Assembly (NCBI GenBank): GCA_043228905.1
Contig: JBHGNT010000015.1
Location: forward strand, 17,236,001-17,300,000
Length of the DNA: 64,000 nucleotides
Source of the DNA: Azolla caroliniana
Taxonomy: Eukaryota; Plantae; Polypodiophyta
Direction: 5' to 3'
Position 1 is the first letter of the stretch. Each line of letters begins with the position of its first letter. The translations under genes were made by a program, and so were the position numbers. Positions 36,001 to 48,929 of this stretch are shown piece after piece. Below the pieces are notes generated by a model. It saw nothing but the letters and a program-made list of their open reading frames with translations. It was not told the origin of the DNA and searched no databases.

Positions 36001-39000
36001 ACATATCTATATGTACGTCCCCATTTATGTTTAGGTTTATGTCGGGTAACATGCATGCAAACATGACGTATTCACATGCCAAACATATCTCAACCTTGGA
36101 ATTTGTTAAACAACAAATTTCCACAATATTGGTGCATTGTTTAATACATGTGTGTGATGTGTGTCATTCAAATGCAGTAGCGCTAGAGCTCATTCATCAT
36201 TGAATTTTGTTCATGTACAAATGACATGGTGGGAAGAGAAGTATTCGCTTGTTTTCGAAATGTGAGTTGCTGCCATTGCACCCCATTCAATAACATGTAG
36301 CTACTTTCAAATGGCTTGATATAATGACAAGGTAACTGGATGATCACCACCAATTATTAAAGATGTCCGTGAATGGGGGGTTAAGGAGATCTTATGAAAC
36401 GGAGGCCCATGGAAAATGTGACAGAGGCTCTAGTGCCTATATACGTAGATGCACATTTAAACTATGAGAGCACTAAAGTTTATTGGTGGCTCGATAGAAA
36501 TTGCCCAGGGCCATCTCTTTCAAGCAAGGTCATTCCTAGTTGGCAAATGCTATACTATATAGTACTTACAACTTGGTGCATGTCAGAGCATGATAAATAT
36601 TTGAAAGCTAGTGGGGGGTTTACCCATTTGTGATGCTTACCTTTACCCATATCCCCTCACAATGTGCTCTATGAACCAGAAATACGTTTTTTAAAGTGTG
36701 ACAAAATAAATGAAGGAGCCAATTATCAATATTTTAGAGCCCAAGCATGTAAGGAAACAATATGAGCATCCAAAACGATGAAAAAGACCCCATAATAAAC
36801 ATGTGTAAGTGATATAAACTAGTATACTATATACTTTATTGGCACTTCGAAAGTTGTGAAACAATTCCACGATCTTTTCAAGCAAGGTTCTGCTTAGTTT
36901 CTGTACCCTAGTTGAGTTTTCACATGATGTCAAAACCACACAATGATCTCTCTTTGTTGAGGTAAAAAAATTAGTGCAAGTACATGAATGAAATATTGCA
37001 TATAACCTTTATTCGTGAAAAATCCAATGCCTAACTTAGTCTCACCCTGACTACCGTAAATGTTTACACAGAAGAATAATTCAATATATGTGAATAAAGG
37101 AGGCATGTTCATGCTACAGAACGAGTGGCTTTGCATGCACTACAACTGGGCAAATATGTAAGGATATTTGATTTCCATGTGCAATGTTTGTCCTTCCTAT
37201 TGTCCCCTAAAAAATGTGCTAGGACTATGAAACATATCAATTTAGGCTTGACATCCCCAAGTTTTGATCTCACACACATATTGATGGCTATGAATCATTG
37301 ATTTAATGTGTCCAATGGGTTGGAAGGTAGATTCTTTCCTCTACTCTAGCTATTATTTCCTAATGTGTTCATATTGTCCAAGAAATGACATTTAATTGAA
37401 TGAGCTAATTGAACTAATTTTAATGCATTACACCAAATATGGAAAGTTTCAATTGATTGTTCTCAAGCAATATTTTTGTTGCCATGCACGTAATCCATAT
37501 ATCTCAAACAACATAATAAAAACGAGTCTTATTGGGGCATAGTCATTGGTTATAAACTCAAACTTGAGTAATCTATGCATAACCAAGATGAAGTTTGGGT
37601 GAAGCTAATTGGAGGTTTGAATCAAGTGATGGTGAAAATCCAAGGAATGAGTTGTCGTTAGGGTTGGAATGCCACTCGAACCTAGAACTAGTTGGTTCTC
37701 CCTGATATGCATCGAATCACAATATTTGACTGAACCATTTAGGGGTAAAACAATGTTCTTGTGTGGGGCTATGGGAATGGTACCAAATTTAGGCAAACTC
37801 TAAATACTAGATGTGCCCCTTGAAATGAGGGGAAAGGGTCAAAATATAGGATTAATCATGAATCTAGGGTGAGGCACATGAATAACTTCTAGCTAAATAG
37901 ATTAGAGATGTTATTTTAAAGATGAACAACTGTGAATTCCTCGGAGAATCATGAACTATTGTAGTAGAGTAGTCAATAGCGTCAATTACTATCATTTTAT
38001 ACAATGTTTTCCATTAACATAGCATTTAATCTTATGCTTTGAAGTCACATATGTTGAATAAGGCCTTCATTTTCATTAGTTAATCCATTTGTTTGATTAT
38101 CCTTGATTGATTGAAATGACAATATTCTAGACATACAATTATGTAAATACAACCTTCTATTACTTCACATTTATGTGTTGAATTTAAGTCTTTCAAAATC
38201 ACCACCAATTTAGTATCAAGAGTTCTTGTTTATGCTTTGTGAAACATTTGTACCACATTCATATTCGTGTCTTCATTTTGTTATGATGGGCCCATCTATA
38301 TGGTATGGGCAAGCTTCTTCACTAAACATGTGCTTTCTTACACTGTTGAGCTTGAACAACCTACATACGGTAAATCGGCTCTAATCTCCCATACTAAAAG
38401 GGACACAGTTACCTTAAGATTAGGATCCAAAAAGCATGCCTATAGTCTTGCTTGCTTTTACACAATCTAATGTTCTTTCTCCTTGCAAAAGATAACATAT
38501 GTCCTACCAATTTTTATGCACCAACAAGTGGCATTCAAACTCTTGAAATTTTAGGTAGTTTGTAGTATAAGTAGTTCTAAAATTGTACCCAAGTTAAGGA
38601 GCATGTTCTGAATTTTTTTTCTTTAAAAAACGGCACTAGTTACTAGACCCTATTTAGCAATTGGTTCTCTTTTTGCCTATGATGAGACTCAAAAGATCTA
38701 TGCTTGTGGCACTTCCTTGATGCATGGGTATTGTTTTTCTCGTCATTTCCATTCCTTGACTGATTATTAACAACAAACTATTTTTTTTCCAAAATGAAGC
38801 TACTTTCCCATTAGTTAGGAAGGATTATTACAAAGAGACTATATAAGGAGGCTTATACACAAATCGGGGAATCTCCCTCCGATCAAGTTCAAGAAAATGA
38901 GACTACTTACATAGCCTTTTGGACTACAAAGAGAGAGTTGTAGCAGTTTAAACTGATTGACTAGTAAAACACATTGATCAACTTCATTAAAGCTCAAATA

Positions 39001-42000
39001 AGCTATGTTGTTAGACAAGTTGTATTGTGAAAATGGAATGTGACTTCGAAGTACAATTAGTTGTCCCAATTTTTTATAAGCCAAACAAATCCCCACAAAC
39101 ACAATTCAAAGGACATAGTGACCGGTATAGTACCCATACTTTTTCTTTCATTGTTAAGTTTATCAACGTTGGATGAACCATCGAGTGCTTTCTACCTTGC
39201 TACTTTACCTTTGCAATTGTTCAAGAGTAGAATGTTATACAAAGAAGTGATGAAAATATTATGATGGGAAGTCTTAAAGTTTAAGTTGCTACTTACTCAA
39301 CCGTTTTGTAGTTTACTTGCCAAACATAGCTAATAAGTCTATTTTTGACATGTCAAATTTTGAAGTGTCTTGCTAAATGGAGACAAAGGTCTAACCTGAG
39401 TGGCTTAGGTACTCGATGTTGTACAAGAAGGTGTTGGTGACGGCTTTTGCAAGGCCATGTGTAGTATAGAGATAAGAGCAAGTGATTCAAAGTTGTGTTT
39501 CTTATGTGTTGCTCTATGCACCACCTACAAAAGGTGGTGGTAGAGGGAGAAAGGATGAAAATCCTAGTATGTGAGGGGGATAGGTAGAGATGATGATAAG
39601 AAGATATGAAAATAAGGGTGAAAGGATGACACAAAAGTTGTTGTAAGAGTAAAGCCCATGCGTGGTATTGGCAAGCTAGCCTTCTAACAACATGTAGCAA
39701 TCTTGAGTGTCTTGTATGTTGCTTAATATAAGGAAGTCTAATTTACTATCTAGGTTAATTTATGTGTCTTGTAGATAGCTTAGTAGCAACATATCGTAAA
39801 CTTTAGTGTGGTGTATGTAACTCTAGAGGGGGTAGGATAGGGCCACAAAGCTTCTTGGTCAACATACTATAGGAATTTGCTAAGTTGGATTCTAACCCAA
39901 CAATATTAAATGGAAAGGCCAACTTTGTTCACTTGGGCTACTCATTGTAACATCGTCTTCATTTGTGTGGAAGAGATGGACTTCATTAGGACCAAGAACC
40001 TAATATGAATTTGTGGGTTATAATCGAACCATAATTTTGCTTACTCTTAATGGTTACTACCATCCACACACCAATTACAACCAGAGTTAAATAATGCATT
40101 AGTATGACATATGAAGAGGTACAAGCTACGATCTACTTGAATCTTGGAAAATTATGAGTGTGATAATTTAATATCTATTTGAAGTCATCCGCTTGGAATA
40201 TGCATGTTCCTATGGTTTAGTTTACTAGCGATGCATGCATGTAGAGAGTTGATAGTGAAATGTGATTAGGGAAAAGTCTTTATAATGATCATGGCCATAT
40301 ACTATTGAACTTCATATACTTGCTCTATAATCAGTAGTTCTAATATGTTTTCATAGACAACTCTATCCATGTGGCATTGGGTATAGATGCATACGACATT
40401 TTGGTGAATGTGGAGCACATCTTAGGTTAAGTTAGTAGGATGGAAAATGGTTGGATGTTATCACAACAAGAGGACAATAAGTCTCCTCTCCATCCATGAG
40501 TCAAGTGTAACATTAGAAAGTCTAGTTACTGCTATGAAATGAATGACAATGCATAACTAGATTTGAGAATCAATGTTTTGCTAAAGATACGTCCAAACAG
40601 TAACATTGCAATATCTAGTGGAGGTGAACTTCGTAAACTCAAGAATATGACCTTTAATATTCGATGATAGACCAAAAGCAAGAAAGAAAATACTTACTAA
40701 CAAAATACTAATGTTGGCCAAGAAAGAGGTCTCTATTTCCATACTAGTGCCTACATATAGTCTTCTAATCGCTATCTATATACATAGGCATAAATTCCGA
40801 AGATTCAAAGAGACCATAGACATGTGCTCTTTATGGAGACCACATGAAGAACCAACTTTAGTTACCAACAATCTAAAGGTGAAAATTGATGGACAAATAT
40901 TCTGTCTACCTTATTTATTCAATCACAAAAGTCTCTTAGAACTCCCTCTGCGGGTCTTCTGTCACTTCATTCATTCAAGTGTGTTTAGGAAAGTGTTAAA
41001 AATATGTCTCCACTCTTCATTTTCCTAATAACTTCAATGCCTCTAATAACTTTAAAACATATATAAGGGGAGAGATGAATGCCTCTTTGCTACAACAAGA
41101 GATCTCAGTACAAAAGACCCAACTTAGACCAAATTTATGGGGCGTTTGCCAATCACAAAGATTTAATCCTTGTCCGCATGAGAGTTTCTCACATTTTGCG
41201 TAATCCTTGGATTTGACTTTTTTTGACGAGGATTGGAGTGGTGGCTGTGTATAATAACACTTTGAGAAATATTTTTGTTAAAACCAGTCGAGGAATATTT
41301 ATACTAGATATTTCCATAAAACATGATATGGTTCCTAACTAAAACGAATTTGAAAAGAATGTAAGAGTCAAATAAATGTGTCTGTAGTAGACGACCCTCA
41401 AATAAGCCAATGTGGGGGGTTGGTAGGAAAAGCAAGCTCGACAACTCAAAGCAATGAATCTTTAATCGAGTTTAACAGTTACAATGCAATTAGTGCGCAT
41501 CCCTCCTTGCAAACACGTGATACATATAAAAAGGAAAACGGAAGTACCTTTCAACATTTTTTAATATACTTTGGTATATAATGAAAGTTATCCCGAACAT
41601 ACACCTTGAAAATTCGTTCCTGTTGATAGACAAGCTCTTGAAAATTTTGTTCTTGAACAATTGATCACAAAGTGAGCAATGAATGAAAGAATTTGCATTG
41701 GACCCTGATGATGAGAACAAGTATCTTGTACTGGTAAAATAATAGGTTGGTGGGTCTGTTTGTGGGTGCGATATGCATATGCATGCATGCAATGTAAAAT
41801 TTGTTCACAATGTGCCTGATGTCTCGGGGCATTGCATGGGTAGGATGTCCACATGAACCACAAAAACACTCAAGGGAAGTACTAGCATTTTCTCCCTTGG
41901 GAACAATGATCTTTGTACAAACCTTGATTCGGTTTTATCTGTCACGTCTTTCATCTACATCAGGTGTGCACGAGACATGCTAAACACATTAACAGAAGGC

Positions 42001-42552
42001 CGCACCTCCTCGGGGGTGTCAGGTCATATACGCACGTCTGTTAGGGAATCACTGGAAGCTCAATTGCACACGCGAGCACACTTGTGCAGTTGAGCTTCTA
42101 ATGGACACACTCGGGACAGAAGGAACGGAACGATGGAGTAGAGATATTCGAGGAATGAGCAATGCTCTCATGCATTTTGGCAAAATGTTTCTTGAAAATT
42201 GGCACATGCACACACCCACACTCAGCTTTTCTTTTCGTAATTAGAATTACACAACTAGAACTGCGTCGTGGGTTCGAAACCCGATTCTCTCGCTTTCTCT
42301 ATTACTTCTTCACACACATCTCTCAATTCACTAAATGCCAATGTGTGGAATGCACGGGGTTGAACCCATGACCTCCTGGTCTCCCATTTGGGGTTTCTAG
42401 GTTTCTGATGGCTATATGTATGTATGTATGTAATGTATGTATGAAGGAGCCTTTCTTTTGTAGAGTGAGTGAGTGATTAGAACACCAAATATAGGGGGTG
42501 GGGGTATTTCCTTCTACTACTACTACCACTACTAACAAAAACAAAAAAATAT

Positions 42553-42554
<2 letters not shown>

Positions 42555-42583
<29 letters not shown>

Positions 42584-43403
42584 TAAATATGTGTGTGAAT
42601 GAGTGAGTGTGTGTATGTATTTTGGTCTCATCACAGAGAGAGAGAGAGAGAGAGACGCACACACACACACACACTATAAATATGTGTGTGAATGAGTGAG
42701 TGTGTGAGCCATCTTCGTATATCGATCAACCACCGTTATAATCGCATTGAACCCCTTAGAGACTGGAAGATCTGTGATGAAGTCTAGAGCAATGGATTGT
42801 CACGGCTTGCTTGGAATTGGTAATGGTTCTAATAAACCATATGGATGATGCCTTGGCATTGTCATCAGAGAGAGAGAGAGAGAGACACACACACACACAC
42901 ACACACTATAAATATGTGTGTGAATGAGTGAGTGTGTGTATGTATTTTGGTGTCATCACAGAGAGAGAGACACACACACACACAGAAGAGAGGGAGAAAC
43001 ACAGAGAAGAGAGAGAGAGAGAGAGAGACACACACACACACACAGATAGACAGAGAGTGGCGCGCGCGCGCGCGCACACACACAGATAGACATAGAGAGA
43101 GAGAGAGAGAGACAAACACACACAGATAGACATACAGAGAGAGAGAGAGAGACACAAACAGATAGACATAGAGAGAGACACACACACAAAGAGAGAAGGA
43201 TATACAAATAGAGAGAGAGAGTGACACACACACACTCACATACAGAGAAGGATATACAAATAGAGAGAGATAGACACACACACACACACACACACAGAAG
43301 GATATACAAATAGAGAGAGAGAGAGAGACACACACACACACAGAAGGATATACAAATAGAGAGAGATAGACACACACACACACAGAGTGAGAGAGAGAGA
43401 GAG
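42555..43403. repeat. Compound (CA)n/(GA)n microsatellite field with internal duplications
   Basis: CACTATAAATATGTGTG block occurs three times. AGAAGGATATACAAATAGAG occurs four times. Confidence 0.92.
42704..42860 (-). mobile_element. ~155-bp Ty3/gypsy integrase fragment
   Basis: Minus strand translates as [51 protein letters not shown]. Confidence 0.85.
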
Positions 43404-44306
43404 ATGGTGAAATGTACGCCTCCATCTCCACTAGCTGTGGGGCGGAGATCCTCCTTCCGCCTCCGCCGCCATCTCCACCTCCGCCGCCCTTCCGCCGCCG
43501 GCGCCGCCTCTCCCCCTCCTCCTCACAATAACTGTCATAACCACCATGGCCATCACCATCACCATCACCATCATGATGGTGATGGTGATGATGATGATGA
43601 CGCTCTCCGCCTCTTCGGGCGGCGCTTCTTGGCCCTCAGGGCTGCCGCTCACCTCTCCCTCTCCGACGCCGCCGCCGCCGCCGCCGCTCCCTCTCCTCTC
43701 AGCCCTACTACTACTACTAGTACTAGTACTAGTACTACCCCTCCTGTCTCCTCTCCCCTGCGCCGCCATCTTGGGCCCCGCCGCCGCCATCGCCGCCTCC
43801 TCTCTTTGAATCGCTGGCCTTATCGCCCCCACTCAAGAAGAAGAAGAAGCAGCAGCAGCAGAAGACCTCACCGTTTCCTTCCAATGCTCCCTAACCCTTC
43901 CCTCCTCCTCTCTAATCACCTCCGATTAGGCGCTACTTGCCCCCACTTAAACCTAGCCCAGAATAATATGCTCCTTAATCCCTCCCAGAAACGGGCCCAG
44001 CAGGCCACCGCGTTCCGTGATTATCTGCCACAGAACCCCAAGAAGCTCCACTCAAGCCTTAATCTCCGCCCAAGGAGGTCTAATCAGCACTTGTTAGAAC
44101 ATAATGAGAACCCATTAAACCACAATCAGGACCTTAATCACGCACAACCAGGAGCTAATGATGATGATGGAGTCCAGCTCTTGGGGGGCCCAGATGCTAA
44201 TCAGGGGGTGGAAGAGCTGCTGGAGGAAGCTGCCCATTACATCGTCTCCCTGCAGAGGCAGGTCCAAGCTCTCACCAATGCCCTCACCTCCCTTACAAAT
44301 CCATGA
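43404..44306 (+). CDS. Atypical (non-DNA-binding) bHLH, IBH1/AIF-like, 300 aa, intronless
   Basis: C-terminal helix-2 EELLEEAAHYIVSLQRQVQAL. N-terminal FGRRFLAL and Arg-rich segments. GC-rich open frame with His/Ala/Thr homopolymers. Confidence 0.62.
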   Translation: MVKCTPPSPLAVGRRSSFRLRRHLHLRRPSAAGAASPPPPHNNCHNHHGHHHHHHHHDGDGDDDDDALRLFGRRFLALRAAAHLSLSDAAAAAAAPSPLSPTTTTSTSTSTTPPVSSPLRRHLGPRRRHRRLLSLNRWPYRPHSRRRRSSSSRRPHRFLPMLPNPSLLLSNHLRLGATCPHLNLAQNNMLLNPSQKRAQQATAFRDYLPQNPKKLHSSLNLRPRRSNQHLLEHNENPLNHNQDLNHAQPGANDDDGVQLLGGPDANQGVEELLEEAAHYIVSLQRQVQALTNALTSLTNP

Positions 44307-44386
44307 ATTTTCAACTAGCAATTAGCTACTTAACCACCTCATTAGCACCTTAATGATTCACTAACCTACATAATTAAGTTATAGGC

Positions 44387-44417
<31 letters not shown>

Positions 44418-44590
44418 GGTGTAGTAGACTACTACTTTCACACCTCTACATATCTCTCTAATTATATATACACAATGGCTATCTTTGCATCTGAAGTCCA
44501 TCAATCAGTCAGTAGTAGTAGTAGTAGTAGTAGTAATGATTCTGCAGGCATCCCGAGCGCACCGACATGGACAGGCGGTTATTCTATATA

Positions 44591-44935
44591 CCGAGCCGAG
44601 CTCTTACACCACTCAAAATATAATCCATCCTTTTCAACCGATCCGAGCCGAGCTCTCACTCCACTCAAAATATAATCCATCCTTTTCGATCGAATCCGAG
44701 AGTCCGTTGAATGGCGTAGCCGAGCTCTTACATGCACCCTAACCCTAGCTCAACATAATCCATCCTTCCGATCGATCCGAGAGTCCGTTGATTGGTCGGG
44801 AGCTCTTACGCGTACCCTACCTCGAGCTCAACACAATCCATCCTTCCGATCGATCTGAATCCATGGAATGCCGGAGCTCTTATGCGCATCCTAGCTCGAC
44901 CTAATCCACCCTTCCAACCCCGAGTCCATTGAATG
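44591..44935. repeat. Degenerate tandem repeat, 5 units of ~52-78 bp
   Basis: GAGCTCT...AATCCATCCTT core at 44598, 44650, 44722, 44800 and 44874. Confidence 0.8.
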
Positions 44936-45180
44936 CTCATCTAGCTCATTGTTAGGTACTTAACCTAAGTACCTAACTCTCCGTACCCCCGGCCCCGGCC
45001 CCGTTCCCCTTCGACTTGTCACTTTGTTGTCGTGGCCGGGAGTTGGGCCGCCCCAAACGTACTTCCAATGTGCCCACACGCTCATGTGTCAACAACCTTC
45101 TCGTCGACCGACCGACATTTAGATCCATGGATTGGAGATCTATTTGCTAGCTAGCTCCATCCAATGCCCTAGGCATGCCT

Positions 45181-45219
<39 letters not shown>

Positions 45220-48200
45220 TCACTCTCACCGTGGCTCTCAATTCCATGGTAGTGGGGAATGTCATCACTAAGGATGGCATGCACTACAAAAAAATGTTAG
45301 TTGCATTTTGTTTAGGTGCCTTTTGGGGTAATGTTAGAGCTCTGGGCCAATGCACATGTACGCGTAGTCTAGGTGCTACTGGAGTGTAGTGTAACTCCCC
45401 GGGGACATACCAATGTTTATGCTTCTTCCTTTCTAGTGTAGCTATTGTAACTTACATTTTTCTTTGACCACCAACAACCTCTCCTTGGGCCATCCTGGGC
45501 TCCTATGCATGGGTACCTCGAAGTAACGATGTGTGTGATGATAAGTAAAACTAATCTCGAGAACAGGGGAGTATTGGATACCATAATGCGTTGTTTTTGG
45601 CCCCATAGCTAGGTCATCGCCACATGTAATTTTCTTCATTTATCCAGCACTAGAATCATAAGTCTACAATGTTGTCGCATATGGTGAAGAATGTAAGGAT
45701 TTACTATGGATGAAGTGTCAAAATCTTGGTTGGCTTCAATGCGACTTCTATTTTGCATTCATATTCTTCTTCGTCATCATCATCTTATATTACGTGCGTG
45801 CACCTTGAAGTTTGAACCATTTCCCTCAATGGGTTGTGAAAGTGCCCCCCACTTCATGCATCTATTTCGGCCATTATGGCATGTTCGTCCCATCCTTTCC
45901 TTTATGGTCCGAGCTTTTTTGGTGATGGCTCAAATGTCAAATCTTTCATTTCGTGATGATGTGAGTTGATGTGTTTGCCTTAGTAGTCCCTTCAAAATTT
46001 GGACGCTGGTATAAGTGCAAATAGTTCCATTTCTTAATCGTAATCATTGATGAAATGAGTAGTGGACGATCCCATTATCTTATTACCTTATGTTTTCGTC
46101 ATCATATGATTTCCGTTTACTTTAAGGGGGCCATCGGATTTTAGATATTTAGTGCCAAGTCTTTATTTATTTTTGTTATATGCGTGCAGATGGTCACACT
46201 CGAGATTGCATATATATTGTTTATGAAAGTTGATATTTTGTGTTTCTAAATAGATGTGTGTGGTTCAAGGTCGATCAAACGAAAACCTTATCATGGATGA
46301 GCATTTCAAACCAAAGTCATACCATTTTGATCGAATTGCATGGCTTTGTAAATATGCGAAGCATTCAAATGATTGATATCGATATGTTACATTCATTATT
46401 TTTAAAGGGCATAACCAAAGTTGTTACCTATGTTGTTAAAATTAAGAAGGTGCGCTTAAAACTCGAACATGCTTGGACTTGAACTGAGAACCTCTTGTTG
46501 CTAAGATAGATAAGATGTAGTTACAACTTGAACATAAAAGGATTCTAGATTTGAACTTGGTACCTCTCATTAAAAGCAACATCTTTGACATTTTTATTGA
46601 TAAGTAATATACTAATATAGATAAAATCCGTAAGAACAAAAACACAAAAATGGAAAAATTGGGCATATCTCTAAAGGACATTGACAAAAATAGTGTTTCG
46701 GATAAGGTAAACAAGATATAGTTAAAAAACGTGTTTCCAATGCATTTTGAGAGTTTAACTTTGGACGTCCTTGACCTCTATATTTTTGGTATGTTGTATG
46801 TGGAGAGCTCCTTGTAACTAAGGCCACAAATGTTTTAAAATTGAGGAAGGGTGTAAAGTTGTTTTTTGTTAAGATTCATGAGGTTCTTGTCAAGAACGTG
46901 TTATATTTTGTGGAAATGTGAGAGGATTACACAAGCATATGTTCTATCTACCTTCATGAAGGGGTCATCTTTATTATTTTGATAGAGACTCTCGTAGTGT
47001 GGCAGAGCTCTAGCTTCATACATGTGTGCCTCCATCTTCATCAAACCTAAGGTACGATCAATATCTGAACTTGGTGGTATTCTTATGTACACATACCAAA
47101 ACTCCAAACTCGTCAAAAAAGAAACTATGTTTGACCTTAAATACAAAGATAGATCATATAATACATATAATGATCTTATAACCTTCAATACATCAATATG
47201 TGATATTATGAAATGTCGCCACCTCATATAGGCTAATGCATGATCACAAAATGTCATGTTTGTATGAATGCTAAGTGACATGCTTGCATGAATGCCAAGT
47301 AGTGTTCATGCATGCTTGTGAGTGGCAACATGCTTGTGCTCAAACCATGCTATATAAGCACGTGTTTGAGTATTGAAGTGTTCAAACCATGCTATATAAA
47401 TACGTATTTGAGTATTGATAAAATCATTCCATTTCAACACCCCAAAGAAAAAACACCCACTATTTTTATTTGAGAGAGAACCTCTCGAATTCTATAAAAG
47501 GGTGAAGAGGGCTCAATGTTGAGGGGGGAAGTTAGTAACAACACGGAAATGCTACTCAAATCCAAAATGAGCTCAAGGGCTACAAATCAAGAGGGCGTGC
47601 AAGATCAACAACGACAAAAAGGCAATGTGGCTATCGTTTGTTGAGACATTGCACCGAAACTCGAAGATACCCACCCATGGAGCTCCACTTGTGATCTTTT
47701 CTTCTCCATGTACTGTTTTCTACCTATTCTTCTTTCATTTATCTCTTGATCACTCTATGTATGGAGCTGAGAATATTCTTGTTGTATTTACATGCTCTCG
47801 TGAACTTATTATTTTTAAAATTTTTTAATATGATTTATATTTAAGTTATCTTGTACAAGCACTGATTTAACTTAATCATGGTAAAAAAGGAGCAAATCGT
47901 AATTTTCTGCACGAAATTCCAAGCTTGGGAAACAAAGTTACAAGAATTTAACGAATTTGGTATTTAACACATTAATGAGCCATCTTGCTGGAAAACCAAT
48001 CTTGTCAATCCAATTACTCCGCAATGATGGTCGTGAAGGATTTTTCGGGTTCCGATTCCGGTCACTAAGCGTGAATTAGTAACTTGTTAAGGCCAAAGAC
48101 AAGTCCGAAAACGTGATAAATTTTAACTTTATATGGTGTTCATACCCCTTTCTCTCCCCATTTGTTACACCACCGAAATTTTGTGATTAGGGTGGATCTT

Positions 48201-48847
48201 CGACCGGACTCGAACTCGGACTTGCGTATCGACATTGCTTGACTACATGAATGATAACTAAGTAAGGAATTTGGACGTGTTAAACATACCGCCCAACCAC
48301 CCTTTTCTCTAGCTTATCCTCCCATGATGTGAATCATGGGTGTCTTCTCCATCCGTCGAGAAAACTTACAAGCCCATGACTCACGTGGCCTTCTCTACCT
48401 GTCGAGAAGGCCCTCACCTCAATCCGTCGAGGTGGTGTGTTGTGGTTCCAAACATGGAACCCCTCCACACAACGGAGAAATTGATTTATCAATTTTAAAC
48501 TTCTTCCTTGAGGAATAGTTATCCTCGAGGCAAAGACTAGAGAATCTATTGTAAGCCGAGGATAGCAAGTAAGTGTCGATCGGTAATAATAAAATAATCC
48601 CATATATATACTTGAATTGGTTGAGTGGTAACACAAGCGACTTGAAATCTATTAAGCATTGCCTCTATAGCATTGAAAACTACAATCAACATAGGATTCT
48701 AGTGTAAAAATTGATTACTATTAATGTTCAACATTCCACATTAGAGGAATAATTATCCTTGATGTTGAACCTATTCGGAATCTTGGATAACAAGTAGACC
48801 GACAATTAGGTGATAACATTATAAAATCCAAAAAGGATTAACATATG

Positions 48848-48929
48848 GTTGGCTTTGTTGAATGGTTAAGGTGATAGACTCGAAATCTATTGGGCATTGC
48901 CTACTTAGGTTCGAATCCTACAACCAATG
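48848..48929 (+). pseudogene. tRNA-Ser(CGA) pseudogene
   Basis: ATAGA-CTCGAAA-TCTAT anticodon arm, GGGC-ATT-GCCT variable arm and GGTTCGAATCC. Mismatches in the acceptor and D stems. Confidence 0.75.

Noticed and set aside
30400-42000. Many 60-115 aa ORFs
   Set aside because: No recognisable domains or consistent splice structure. AT-rich intergenic or decayed repeat DNA.
42865-43431. Cys/Val/Ser/Leu-rich minus-strand ORFs
   Set aside because: Translations of CA/GA microsatellites.
45282-45438. CACTA element (CACTACAAAAAAA ... TTTCTAGTG)
   Set aside because: The ends are only partly complementary and the 3-bp flanks (ATG/TAG) do not match.
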